DNA from: Octopus vulgaris
Lineage: Eukaryota
Assembly: GCA_951406725.2 (NCBI GenBank)
Contig: OX597828.1
Coordinates: 10,416,001 to 10,480,000 of the forward strand
DNA: 64,000 bases
Direction: 5' to 3'
Every line of letters begins with the position of its first letter. The stretch's first letter is position 1. Position numbers and translations under genes: made by a program. Shown here one piece after another: positions 14,654-28,294 of this stretch. The notes beneath the pieces were generated by a model. That model had not been told where the DNA came from. It saw nothing but the letters and a program-made list of their open reading frames with translations, and ran no database searches.

Positions 14654-14657
<4 letters not shown>
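14248..14657 (+). mobile_element. 5'-truncated R4/Dong-clade non-LTR retrotransposon, restriction-like endonuclease C-terminus plus 3'UTR
   Basis: Frameshifted translation NQPDIVIK..CLLIDISVP...RKEYE..MEITKMWKL..PVIIGAL..LQKITL.GTAHI..KALSI* matches the RLE (PD..D..E..K) end of R4/Dong elements. Followed directly by (AAT)n. Confidence 0.8.

Positions 14658-14718
<61 letters not shown>
14658..14718. repeat. (AAT)n microsatellite, tail or target of the R4/Dong element
   Basis: Seen directly. Confidence 0.95.
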
Positions 14719-14722
<4 letters not shown>

Positions 14723-14726
14723 TCAG

Positions 14727-14852
14727 AAGGCCTGAAATTTCGAGGGAAGGGACTTGTCGATTACATTGAACCTATACTCTATAAGTACCTATTTTATCGA
14801 CCCTGGAAAGATCAAAGGCAAAGTCGAACTCCGTGGAATTTGAACTCAGAAC
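14727..14852 (-). mobile_element. SINE family B-related fragment with a variant 3' tail
   Basis: ttttatcgaccctggaaagatcaaaggcaaagtcga..ggaatttgaactcagaac is the reverse complement of the family B core. Confidence 0.75.
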
Positions 14853-14905
14853 TCTGATTTCAGCACAAGCTGAAAGACTGTTGAACACGTTGGTATTTTT
14901 AATGC

Positions 14906-15265
14906 CCACATGGTTCCAGATTCAGTCCCACTGCGTGGCACCTTGGGCAAGTCTCTTTTACTATAGCCTGCGCCGACTAAATCTTTGTGAGTGGTTTTGT
15001 TAGACGGAAACTGAAAGCAGCCCGTCGTATATATATGTGTGTGCGTGTGTGTGTTTTTGTGTTTGTGTGTGTGTGCGTCCCAACATCGCTTGTCATCGAT
15101 GCTGGTGTGTTTACATACCCGTAAAGCGGTTCGGCTTAAAAGATCGATAGAATAAGTACTAGGCTTATAAAGAATAAGTCCTGGAGTCGATTTGCTCGAC
15201 TAAAGGCGGTGCTTCAGCATGGTCGCAGTCAAAATGACTAAAACGAATGAAAGAATAAAAGAATA
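14906..15265 (+). mobile_element. SINE family A, lacking the first ~40 bp
   Basis: ccacatggttccagattcagtcccactgcgtggcaccttgggcaagt through gaataaaagaata. Confidence 0.9.
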
Positions 15266-16146
15266 TTTAGCAGAAGCAAGAAAGTGACTCCATGACACAC
15301 AGTTACTTCTGCTTAATATGAAAAATATTAAGGAAAAATATATTTATACTCATAGTTTTAGTTCTGCTTTTTTTCTTTGCATATATACATGATATATTAT
15401 TCCGTGATAAAGAATTGGACAAAAAGTACTCCATTTGTTGAGAGACTACTATTATTTATTTAAAGGCTATGATACATGTTTCAATAACTACTTATACTCT
15501 CCTATTTTGAGAAATACTCAAACATATTATTCAGGCACCCACCAGAAATCGTATCGAACAAAAACAAATTAATAATAGAAATGCGAATAAAGTGAGAAGG
15601 CAGCGTATACAAAACGCAGGAAGTAAAATGCGGAAAACGAAAAACCGAAAACTCAGAAACTAAAACGTAGAAAATAAAATTTAAAATGTAGAAGAGCTAT
15701 ATACCCTTAGACCTTAAAAGATAAGACTGCAAAGATATCAAGTTAGTCAGGAATAGGCAGAATATTTCACTTCTTGAAAAATATATTTAAACTCATACAC
15801 ACACAAACACATACACACACAAATAAACACACACACACAAATAAACGAACACACACGCACACATACTCACACGTACATACATATAACGTTGCCATGATGC
15901 AAAAGTGTCGTAAGTCCAAAACGTTGCTTTTTCAGAAAACGAAAAACTAGTTTTACCATTCCATAACAAAATCATTGCACTGCAATCTGACAATTTTTGT
16001 TATCTTGGCATCTAAAGTAGTTGGTGATACGATAGTTTGACCAAAACAGCCAGGTATCGGAAGCAAAAGTAAATATTATAATAATTGCATAAGTCTAAAA
16101 TTGGACAGCCGACAGTTTAATATAATGGCAACGATATGTATATATA

Positions 16147-16559
16147 CTCTTTTACTCTTTTACTTGTTTCAGTAATTTGACTGAGGCCATGCTAGAGCAC
16201 CACCTTTAGTCGATCAAATCGACCCCAGAACTTGTTCTTTGTAAGCCTAGTACTTATTCTATCGGTCTCTTTTGCCGAACCCCTTAGTTACGGTGAGTTA
16301 AGCACACCAGCATCGGTTGTCAAGCGATGTTGGGGGGACAAACACAGACACACAAACACACTCACACACACACACATACACATATATACATATATACAGC
16401 GGGCTTCTTTCAGTTTCCGTCTACCAAATCCACTCACAAGGCTTTGGTCGGCCCGAGGCTATAGTAGAAAACACTTGCCCAAGGTACCACGCAGTGGGAC
16501 TGAGCCCGAAACCACGTGGCAGGTAAGCATGCTACTTACCGCACAGCCACTCCTACGCC
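16147..16559 (-). mobile_element. SINE family A, full length
   Basis: On the minus strand starts ggcgtaggagtggctgtgcggtaagtagc (A-box), then B-box region gggctcagtccc, internal microsatellite and (gtaaaaga)n tail. Confidence 0.92.
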
Positions 16560-16780
16560 GAGCTGGCAGAAACGTTAGCACGCCGGACGAAATGCGTAGC
16601 CGTATTTCGTCTGTCGTTATGCTCCGACTTCAAATTCCGCCGAGGTCGACTTTGCCTTTCATCCTTTCGGGGTCGATAAATTAAATACCAGTTACGCACT
16701 GGGGTCGATGTAATCTACTTAATCCCTTTGTTCTTGTTTGTCCCCTCTGTGTTTAGCCTCTTGTGGGTAGTAAAGAAATA
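16560..16780 (+). mobile_element. SINE family B, near full length
   Basis: gagctggcagaaacgttagcacgccgg...gcctttcatcctttcggggtcgataaatt...cttgtgggtagtaaagaaata. Confidence 0.9.
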
Positions 16781-17163
16781 TATATATATATAACTTTCTA
16801 TGTATATATACATGTCTATACACACACACACACTAACACACTTGCAGAGTAGAAAGACGAGGATAATAGTGATGATAAAGCAAATACGAGTGGGGTTATC
16901 AATTGACACAGGCGGTTCAAATTGCACATATTGGTAGAGATTCATTTTCTCCATCACAAATTAAGGTGTGCAGTGTTGTACTTGCTTCGTCTCAGGTAAT
17001 CTCACAGCATCTATGTCATCAAATCATCGTCTTCGAAAATTGTTCTCCGTTGGACCCAACACATTGAACCCTGAAGGTGTTAGAACTGGTGTGTAATATA
17101 GATAGTAGCAAATAATATAAAGTAGATGGTGAACAACTTATCAACCTATTGCACCGACTAACT

Positions 17164-17476
17164 AGTGGAGGCACATGGTCTAGTGGTTAGCGCAGCGGAC
17201 TCGCAGTCGAGGGATCGCGGGTTCGAATCTCAGACCGGGTGATGTGTGTGTTTATGAGCGAAACACCTAAGCACCACGCGGCTTCGGCAGAAGGTAATGG
17301 CAAATCTTCTGCTGACTCTTTCGGAACAACTTTCTCTCACTCTTTCTTCCTGCATCTTGCAGCTCACGTGCGATGGATCGGCGTCCCATCCAGGTGGTGA
17401 ACCTATACGCCAAGAAACCGGGAAACTGGCCCTTATGAGCCAGGCATGGCTCGAGAAGGAACAGACAAAAACAACA
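17164..17476 (+). mobile_element. SINE family C1 (tRNA-Arg-like head; resembles octopus OR-type SINEs) with TSD
   Basis: A-box tggtctagtgg, B-box ggttcgaatc, anticodon-like ctcgc and (AAC) tail. 11-bp TSD accgactaact at 17153-17163 and 17477-17487. Confidence 0.85.
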
Positions 17477-17718
17477 ACCGACTAACTGATATACTGCCTA
17501 ATATGTATGTGTCGACGCATTTTCATGGTGCATGTTTGTCGTCTTCAGTTTCTAGCTTTGTTTCTTTCTTTTAATTACTTCTCTAAGCTTTTGTTTTTAA
17601 TAGTGTAATGTTCCCTTATTAGGCCATGTGAAAGAGATTTGATACTATTCAGAAGACTGAGCCTTCGTTTCCAGATCATAAAATGTACTCCCACGTTTCA
17701 TTCCTTGACTTATAATCT

Positions 17719-17800
17719 TCTCGACTCATGCCAACCCATAAGGACTGGTTTCCCGATGTCTATGGCGCATAAATTCTCGACCCGGACGGGAATCCAGACT
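17719..17800 (-). mobile_element. Diverged fragment of the SINE C1 3' tail
   Basis: Reverse complement ...tcccgtccggg...gcgccatagacatcgggaaaccagtccttatgggttggcatgagtcga aligns by eye with 17384-17455. Confidence 0.6.
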
Positions 17801-19749
17801 GGAAAAATCAAAACGTGTTTTATTGGCTTCCTACGCTTCCTAAATATCAGAGTATACTTCCAAACATTCCTCTTTTGAACTGGGTGCAAATTCCTGGACT
17901 ATGTTCTCGAGTACATTGTAACGTGAGTCTGGTTGTTCAACTTGCTCACTCACTAGTAGTCTTCTGTGCACGTGATCAAATTCATCTGCGCACTGGCAAT
18001 GCGTATTAGTGACGTCACTTGGTGTTCACCTTCTGTGGGGTTTATATTCAGTTCTGGTTGCCTCTTTAAATGTTTTCACCTCACTGTCCACATTAATCTA
18101 GCCAGTGACTACATCTCTGCCGACGACACAGATTTTATTTGTCATAAAAATCCCCTCCTTCCTGTTTTTTATTCTATGTCAAGCCACACAAATACCTAAG
18201 TCTGAACACTCTAGCAGGATTTTTCAACTGTCTGTTTGATATCATTATTACGATATGAGAATAAGCTTGTTGTTCTTTTACGCTTACCTTCTCTTCAGCT
18301 CACATTTCATATTCAATTCAATGTAACCATCTATTATGAATTTAGCGGTTTAATAATACGTTGTATTTTTGGAGAGGAATCAGAAACACAAGCATATTTT
18401 TATTGTGGAATATAAGTGATAAAGTAAAATATTATGTGGGTAGATGGCTAAAATGAAAACGTTTTTGATAAGTAGATGAAATATTTTCGTATTTTTTCCT
18501 ATGTGAGCCTGAATTGTGTAGATAATGTATGGCACGTGGCCCCAGACTTAGTTGCCTGTCTGTATCGATCTGCAGAGAGATCCATGAGTATTATATATTT
18601 TTTATACCTGTAGAAAATAGAATCAAATAGGCGTAATTGATTTTGAGGTGTTGGTATTACATATCTCATTTCACTGCAAGCAATTCAGAAGTTATTTTTC
18701 GGATTGACTTAAAGGGAACTGGGTACCGCCTCCATTTTTTGTGTGCAAATTATATCTGTTAAAGAGAATACATTTAGCGACATCAGCTAATAATGGAATA
18801 GCTATGTAGATGCTCAAACTGCTAGAAGTAGCAGCCAAATAGCCTTCAATTAGAACCTAATCATCTTCAAGCGGAAAGGAATTTGTCTGATATAGGTCAT
18901 GATATACTATATCTAGAATGATATAAATCGAAAAATTAAGGCAAGTTGAACATAATACAGATCAGTAAAACAGCATAATTCGATATATTCACTCGTTGTG
19001 ACACTCGATGGAATTTTCTGAAGAATAACATTAACGTTTAGCATAAGTTTCCAGCAATAATATTAGCTGAAGTGGGAAATGGCAGATATACTGAATTTTA
19101 GTACTTCATTGCTAGTTACATTAACGGAACTTCATTGATCATGATTCAGACTATGTTTGCAAGACATTTAATGCAATAGGAAACTAATAACCAATGTTTT
19201 GTGTGCTCGGCTTTCAGTTTATGTTATCAAATTTCTGCAAGTAGGGACTTTCATATAATCTGTTACAGAAACTTTTTTACTCACTGTAAAACTTTTATTT
19301 TAGCATATTCGCGACCAGGTTTCGCTTCTTATTTCGTTTAGAATGCTTTCATATAAAATCTAAATATCTGCTTCCAATTAGCATGACGTTGGTACTTTTA
19401 AAATAAGTAAGAGTTTGATGAAACGTTTACGTCTCATCCCTATAATTTAGTGAGGAACGATTAATCCAAAATATTTCCGCTTTCACCTTAACACAAGCTT
19501 CACATTACTGTATACTACTGATTTCTACTGATTTCTAGTTATTAAAATGTTATACTTAGGAGAAATGCATATCCAAATGTATTCTATTCTTAGGCCAAGA
19601 AACATAGTTCTACTATCTTACCACTTGATCCACTGTTGGATGATAACAGATTTTTTTTTATTTCCCACAAGGGGACAACAAGGAGACAACAGCAATGGGA
19701 CAACATGTTAGATGATGACAGTATTCTCAACCATGATGCTAGAGAAATG

Positions 19750-20200
19750 GCAGCAATGAACGGAACATATTTTGCGATCGGTGGAGTCCAGTCAAGGACA
19801 GCAAAAGTCACAAATGGTGTTCCCCATGGGACTGTTTTGGGCCCGTTTCTATTTATAATCCCTATAAACTATATTTCAAGGGTCATCAAGTAGAGCATTA
19901 TAAAAGTACCATTCGCATAAATGAAGATCACCGAACTGAGTTCCAGTCTGATCTGAATGTTGTAAACAAAAGTGCGAACAATAATACATCCAAAACTACC
20001 AGGAACTTGGGAGTAACTGTATACATCAATCACGGCCGGTGTGCTCTCATCAACAATAAAGCTGTTATGGATCGAAGGCTCTCAGAATTTCCCGGTCCAG
20101 AGAACAATATGTCATCTGCTCCATTTTCTCCCCATGTAGGGGCATACCTAGTATACTGCTGCCCGTTGTCTCTCCCTACACAAAACAGATCATTACGAGA
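19750..20200 (+). mobile_element. CR1/L2-like LINE reverse transcriptase fragment (degenerate)
   Basis: VTNGVPHGTVLGPFLFII (GVPQGSVLGP motif), then FQSDLN, RNLGVTV and YLVYCCPL motifs in order across frameshifts. Confidence 0.8.
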
Positions 20201-20221
20201 ATGCAGTCACTAATCGTTTAC

Positions 20222-20452
20222 TTTTCTTTTATTCTGTAACTTGTTTAAGTCATTTGACTGCGGCCATGCTGGAGCACCACCTTTAATCGAGCACATCGAC
20301 CCGAGGACTTATTTTTTTGTAAGCCTAGTACTTACTCAATCGGTCTCTTTTGCCGAATCGCTAAGTTACGGGGGACGTAAACACGCCAGCATCGGTTGTA
20401 AAACAATGTTGGTGGGGACAAACACAGACACAAAGCACATACACACACACAC

Positions 20453-20460
<8 letters not shown>
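20222..20460 (-). mobile_element. SINE family A, 3' half
   Basis: catttgactgcggccatgctggagcacc...gacaaacacagacaca. Confidence 0.88.
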
Positions 20461-20520
<60 letters not shown>

Positions 20521-20730
20521 GTACATGCATAATACTAATATAGGATGAAGTTTTTTCCAGAAAAAAATTTCATCAAAAAAGTGGCAGCATATTAAAATAC
20601 CTTTAAAGGTTAAAATTATAAACAACTTATAAACAAGGGCAAACGTTTTCTTTTGCCCTTGTTTATAAGTTGTATATACATGCATATATGGATCGAGATT
20701 GCAAGATCATATGTGAAATACAAGTTATTC

Positions 20731-20788
<58 letters not shown>

Positions 20789-23030
20789 ATGTGTGGAGGA
20801 AGGGATGGCTTGAATAATAACCGAGTTTTAATTTTTGTAGATCAATCATCTTGAACCGTAATAGAAAGAAAGTAGATTTCGTAACTCTAGAATGATACTC
20901 GGGATAAATAGTAGGGGTGGAATATTCTTTTACGAATCAACACCCAAGTTTGCTTCTTATTTGTATTCAGGATCTACAAGAATGAAATGGAACTTGCGAC
21001 CCATGAATATCCGGGCTCAAAAGTTGGCACTCTACATTACGCATTCATTTCACTTACATACATTTTTTCTAACGTAGTGAAACCGTAAACGAATGTTATC
21101 GTATAAGTAACAGGATTTTATATGCGCTAATCCCACTTGATCACTAGTTGAAGAAACTAAACTTGCATCATTCAACAAATACATGGAAGAGTGGGGAGTG
21201 GGAAGGGGTACACATCACTGCTTTTTCTCTATGCAAAAATGTGAGATAATATTGAACCGAAGTCACCAATAGTTTCAATGTTGTAAATTATTGATAGCGA
21301 TAAATCGCATTTCTCAATTTATCTTTTAGCTCAACGATCATCATTTTTTTTCTCTTTTTGGAATTTTCTTTCTCTATTTTCTAAATATATCTTTTTTTAA
21401 TTCTTTATTTCACTGTTTACCCTAATAGATTTTTTTGCTGCTTTGTATTTTTTTTCACCAATTTCTCACACCATTACTTCTTTTACCACAACTCTGTTTC
21501 TAATTAATTATAATTCACTCTCGGTTTTCTCTCTTTTACGAAACTGCTGTAAGTTCCTACACTTTCTCGCTGTTTCTTCTCACTGTTTTTAATATTTTTT
21601 CTGAAAAATCTCAGTTCACCTCACACTTAATTTCTATCGTTCATTACTTTATATTTTACTAGATTTTTTTTTCTATTTCCCTTTTTTCTCTCCTAAAACT
21701 GTTAATTCTCATCGACCTTCCACTGAGCTGCTTCCAATATTCACACACTCTTTGATTTTCCTTCTCTCACCATATTCTTTATAAGTTTCGCTAAAAGTCT
21801 TTCGAATTTTACTTCCTTATTCCATAGTGTTTTTTTTATTTGCATTGATTTATGTAACTAAATATATACTGTTTTTTAAATATAACTTTAGTACTTATTT
21901 TAATATGTTTTTAATTCTACTGTTAACTTTTTGCATATTTCACTTCTCTGATATTCCGAAGCATTTTTTCTTCACCACCACACTTACATATTAATCCACC
22001 TAAATACTCATACACACATAAACACTTGACGTGTGTACACTTACATACACAACCTTTAGGCTGTAATTGATAAAAAAAAATTAGGAAAGTATTAAAGAAC
22101 ATGTATATACAAATACACCAATACAAATATATATACCGGAATCGTAACAGGTGAATATGTGGTCTATGTTTCATCTTTATTACACTACATACCTCATTCT
22201 GTAGGTTCTTTCGAGAATTTTATCCCGTATTCGCTGCATGTACCTTACACTATATCCTTAAGTTTTCATCTAAACATACTTTCTTATAACATATTTTCTT
22301 TTTACAATAACACTCCACCTTTTTCTAATCTATATCATTTACCACACTCAAAAACTTGATTTATCACTACCTATCTTTTTCTTTTCCTTTCCCTTTTTTA
22401 ATAAATGGCACATTCATTTCGACTATTTATCTATTCCAATATTTATTTATATATCATTTTCCCATTCCACATGGTCATTCTTTACACGCTTTCTGACACA
22501 TTCTAAACCTAGTCTATTTAAAAATTGTCTTAATCTTATCATTCCCTCCTTTCTATTTTTTTATAATAAACAACCTGCCATTTATTTTCTCCATCATCTT
22601 AACACTTCCTCTCAAATACACTATATTTTGATTTGCCATGTTTATTGGTGTTTATTTTTGAAGAATAACAAAAATGAATATAGACATCTATCTATCTTTG
22701 TATGCGTGTGCGTGCGTGTGTGTGTATGTACTTATTTATTTATTTATCTATTTATTTAACTTCATGCATTACTCTTATTATACTGTTTGCTGCAACAACC
22801 CCTATAAATCTTTGTATTCTAGTTCGAGATCTTAATGTAAACCAACCTTATAATTATATGTTCCTCAATATTTTTTCGCATTATACATATGCTTTTTTCT
22901 GAGGCAAATATGTACGTGAGAGAGTATTTGTATATAACACACACACACACACGCACATACACACATATATATATATACGTAAATGTCAAACAATGATATA
23001 TATGTGTATGTATGTATATATATATATATC

Positions 23031-23097
<67 letters not shown>

Positions 23098-23201
23098 ATG
23101 CGTGTGTGTTTGTAGGTCTAATTTGGCAATTATTTATGCAAAAATCATTGACGTATATACTAAATGGAGTGTCACTCGCATATGTGTACTTACATACATA
23201 C

Positions 23202-23242
<41 letters not shown>

Positions 23243-23453
23243 GTTGTGTGTGTGTGTGGTTGTGTGTGTGAGTGTATACCTAATGTATCTGTCTGTGAGC
23301 GACAATATGTTTGTGAGTAAATGGACGTAGGTACGGGTGTGCTACGAGTATTACTTTGCATGCACTCATAGGTGCATACACAGGCACACACAAATATCTA
23401 TGACCACAAGATTATGCATGTGTGTATGTATATACATATATATATATATATAA

Positions 23454-23528
<75 letters not shown>

Positions 23529-24913
23529 CCAATATACTTATAATTCTTGGTAAGTATGTATGTTATGCATTCCTGCATACATGTCAATAGATATTTTATA
23601 AATATTGCAAATTACTGATTGAATATTTAAAAGAACCTATAAAAGGAATTGAAATTCATGCAATATTTTACACTAGCGATATCTATCAATAATTATCAAT
23701 ATATCATGCATTAATGCATTTCAGAATAGGCTAAGCGATATTTTGATGACTGTCTACATAAATCTTGTACTTTCAATCTTAAACCGAAACCATTTCGGAG
23801 ACTAGTTTAGAAGAGCTGTTATAGCGATGATAGTATGTGTTGTTCCTCTTAAAAGCAAATGTAAGTGAAAGACATACGAAAAAAAAACGTATTTTAGCAT
23901 GGAACAGTGAATTTATCTGTGGATTTACTATTTACAATTTGACACAGAATAACGAAAGCCTTAAAAGTGTGCATTTGAATGCAGTATGTTACAGACTTTG
24001 TGGTAGATAACTCTCTTAGGAAACTAGTATGGAGAATGGAGATCAGAATCCTTGATGATTGTGTGAGGAGATTGTTATTAATTTGTCTACTGAATAAAGC
24101 TACTAAGTTTTTGCAAGCAGATTAAAAATCTACTGTAATATCCTTCCTGTTTAATATTTTCAAATAAACATTTTACTGCGAGCTAATAAGGCATAAATTT
24201 AGGGAATACTTTTCTACGTTAAATTAACAATAACACTTAAGAAAATTCATGTCAAACTTTTCTGAAGTTTTCAATAACTTTTGTTTTGAGATATATATTC
24301 CAGAATTAATTTCGTATTCTCTAAGAAGATTCACGGTCTGTATTTTCTGAAAGTATTCAGGATGCTAAAGCTTAATTATGGCATGCACTAACAGATATTA
24401 TCGCAACCTGAAAAAAGTAAATAATAATAAAGAAATGTGCCAAAAGATAGTAAAGTCCACGTTCTGTAATAAACACGATGAATTATCAGAAACCATTTTT
24501 ATGTGAAAAGCAGCTTTCATTTTCTTTTACTGAAATTTATTCCCATCAGAAATCAAGTGAGCATAACCGATAACCTTAGTAAATCACAGTACGTCTATGA
24601 TTAATATGAACATGCATTAAAATACTGCTGTATACAAAAAGAAAATCTTTGTCACTCTCAAAAATGCTATCTTTAGGACAGCATGTTACAGCTAAGTTTT
24701 ATTTTAAAATGCACAGTTATATGTTTATATGTGAGTGTGTGTGTGTGTATCTACGTATGTAGGTAGGCAGGTAGGTAGATAAGTATATATATATATACTT
24801 AGCTACCTACCTACCTGCCTACCTACCTACCTACCTACTTACCTACCTACCTACATACATACATACATACATACATACATACATACACACACTCACATAT
24901 TATATATATATGC

Positions 24914-24944
<31 letters not shown>

Positions 24945-24951
24945 TATATAT

Positions 24952-24996
<45 letters not shown>

Positions 24997-26329
24997 TAAA
25001 TATAATATATATGGACATATGTGTGTGTGAGTGTACGTGTGTGTGTGTGCGTGTGTGTGTAAATACTTACATACATACATACATATGAAATGGTAAATAT
25101 CTAAGAATTAAGTGTTGTACAATTTTGCGGATGTTAATTAAGTATAAATACCAAACAACTGCATTGAAGTATATATTGCTCCGTATATATAAGCCGTGCA
25201 AAAAATGCTATGGATAATGTTGAGAGTGAGAGAGATACAAAGAAAAAGAGAGAGCGATAAAGAGAGAATATAGACAGAGATATATCGAATAAAAAAAATA
25301 ACAGACAAATAGAGATGGTTTGAGAGCAAGAGAAGCATATAAAAAGAATTAGCATGGAGATATGGAAACGGTTTGTTGAAGTTAGAGAAGTACGGACCAG
25401 AACTTCAGACAGGAAAAAAAATTCTGAGACAAGAAGAGAACAAATTAAATATAACTTGATAAATATCTTTAAAAATTACATGGAGTTATTTTTGTTTTAT
25501 ATAATTTTTGTTTTTGTTCTGTAAATATGCTTTTTTTTCATATGTCTATACTTCAAATTTTAACTTTATTTACGGACACTTTATCAGAATGAGATAACTG
25601 TATTGTGGGTTTTATAGCAATAAAACACATATTTTTCACTTCCTAAGCTGAGATTAAAAAATAACAGCACAGACAAAAAAAGACTGAAAATGGATATTGA
25701 TTAATAAATCATAAAGCTAAAATGTATTCCTATATATTCGCACGTGCGTATAAAGATACACAGACACACACGCAAATATACACAAACCCATCTGTATGTA
25801 CATGTATGTATGTATCTATGCATCTATGTATGTATCTCTATATGTGTATGTATGTTTAAACCATGTGTGTGTGAGTGTACTTACACGCACTTACACACGC
25901 GTATGTGCATATAATGCGTAAAATGTTGCATATGTGTGTAAGTTTATGTGTTTGAACATATGTGTGTGTGTGTGTGTGTGCATATTCTTAGTTGTACACT
26001 TCACAAGGAAATCATGTGTCCCTCGGTTCGATACCACATTGCTGGCTGGGGAACGGTCAATTACTATTTACTCTTGTTTGTCAAATAGCTTCTGAAGAAA
26101 ACTTATTTCAAATAAAGAAACATATGTATTTAAGATTGTCGTGCAGCACACCTTTCAGACTGGTCTAGGAATTTGTTTCTACTGTGTTATATAGACTTTG
26201 AGATGACTTATCAATGTCTTGCAAATTTGGCTTTTTATATCGGTCTGAAAATCCAATGATTTTTTGGAAGGTGTAATGAAATAAAAAAAGAAGCAATAAA
26301 ATGTATGGAATACTATTAATGAATGGTGA

Positions 26330-26700
26330 CTTCAATTTGCAGGCAAAGGCCAACACCTAGGGGAATTACAACCGTGTTTCGTGGTCTGCTACCACAACAG
26401 CTCCTTTATAGGATCCAGTTAGCTCCAGACATCATCAGGAGGAACCACGTCCGGTTTCCGCCCCTACTCTTCTACCGTTTTGACGTCCCCCGCTTTCGGA
26501 GGTGTCTTCAGCTCTGGGGTTGGGGGCATGTCTTCTTTCTTCTTTCTTCTGTTCCCTGGCCTCTTCGATGTATCGTCAGCGAGTCTCAGCCGGCGACTGA
26601 CTGACTTGTTAAATTTATTCCCTTTAAATACCTGCCGCTAGGCTCCAGCAGGCAGCCCCAGCAAGTTGTGACGTGATACTGTCTCACCTTAACTGACTAG
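26330..26700 (-). mobile_element. GC-rich element with hammerhead-like motifs; probable Penelope-like pLTR
   Basis: On the minus strand: TATA-like gtatttaaagg (26631-26621), CTGAAGA-hairpin-CAAAAC (26511-26476), and CTGATGA...hairpin-GAAAC (26438-26376). Confidence 0.45.
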
Positions 26701-27522
26701 TGAAGGCGCGTTGTTTTAGCCCGCGCATTTTCTAAACGACCGTCACCTGTCAGATATAGTTGTTGGGAAATCACTTGCTCCCAGTTGTATTTTAACAAGG
26801 ATCTTCTTTGCTATGAAAACGCCTAATTTAACCAGAATATCGTCAACACTCGAAGTGAAAAACTGACCATATTACAAAAGCCAGATTTCAATTTGAGCAA
26901 TAAAATAGAATTTTGTTATTGTCAGAAAAAGCAGATTACATGAGTAACTAAAATTAATTAATAATAATATTTATGACCTCAGTCGTGATTATTGATTAAA
27001 AAATTATTAATTGTAATTGGTTATTTCATTATAATATCAAACAAAAGCAAGTGATAGTTTTTATATTACCAGCTAATAGCAACCACAATGCAATGACAAT
27101 TTAAACAGCGCTCATCTATTGAAATGCATTAATTTCCAACAAAAATCACACTTATTGGAAGCGGTTACTACCTAACCATAATCTATTCATGCGGCCGTAC
27201 GACGGATATTTATCTGTGTCAGTAATTCGTTTAATAACCAACGTCTAAATTGCACGAACAACACGCGCGCGCTTACGTGTTTGCTTCTGCAATTGGGGTT
27301 ACGGTTGTGGCTGCTTGAGCGAATGTGTCTGAATGATTATACCTGTATTAGTAGATACATTTTAGAAATCTAAGAATCAATATGACATGTGCTACTGTTA
27401 TAATCTAAATGGTAGACTGGAGAATATGAAGGCCAAAAATTCATTACTAGCACACCAACATGGCCAAAGGAAACTGACTAAATAATGTCAAAAACACACA
27501 CACACTCACACAGAGTCACACA

Positions 27523-27668
<146 letters not shown>

Positions 27669-28109
27669 CTATAATCATTAATTAATTAATAACAATAAGT
27701 GACCAGCAGGCATTAAAGACAATAAAAGGGCAAATCCATAAATTTTATAATTAATTAATAATTATAATTGGGGTACACGAGGCACCAGTGTTGCTCTAAC
27801 TGAGAATCAAAAACTACTCTAATAAGCTACCATTTCACTGAAAGTACAACAGGTCGACGAAAACCGAGGTACGAGCAAATAAATTAACTTACCATCGGGG
27901 CTGATAGTAGCAAATGAGTTTTCAGATATTTCTGCATCGTATAATTTCGAACTTTGAAATGATTCCCTTTGTTCTCATTAGCAGGTCTCACTGTTTACAA
28001 AGGTTAAAGTTTTTACTCGCTTCATCTTACTTGTTGATCGTTGAAAGACCAGCGGGAAATTCAAACGATGTCAGTGTATAATTTTACATAAATAAATATA
28101 TAACCTCAT

Positions 28110-28294
28110 TTACGGTTCAGCAAAAGATTTGGATAGTAAGTAACAATAAAAAAAATGTAATAAGTACTATGGTCGATTCATTCTACTAAAATTTCATCAA
28201 AGTGATGACAGCAGTCTAATTACTGAAATGGCAGCAGTCTAATTACTCTAATGGCAGCTGTCTAATTACTGAAAGAATTAAATCATAAAAGATA
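28110..28294 (+). mobile_element. Old SINE family A 3' fragment with local triplication
   Basis: cggttcagcaaaaga, taagtactatggtcgattc, and three copies of a gcagtctaattact-like unit at 28211-28270. Confidence 0.6.

Noticed and set aside
16232-16684. 150-aa ORF and similar peptides at 8073, 34783, 53754 and 61255
   Set aside because: They read through SINE family A/B copies; the recurring peptide reflects the repeat, not a gene family.
17167-17240. tRNA-Arg-like sequence (also 40145-40219 on the minus strand)
   Set aside because: The acceptor stem is not intact, and the sequence continues into a SINE body with tail and TSD, so it is a SINE head rather than a tRNA gene.
18107-18140. DYISADDTDF, similar to an RT YADD motif
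   Set aside because: Too short, with no flanking RT motifs visible.
28211-28270. Three ~21-bp repeats that could suggest a CRISPR-like array
   Set aside because: No unique spacers; it is a local tandem expansion within a SINE tail in eukaryotic DNA, with no cas genes.
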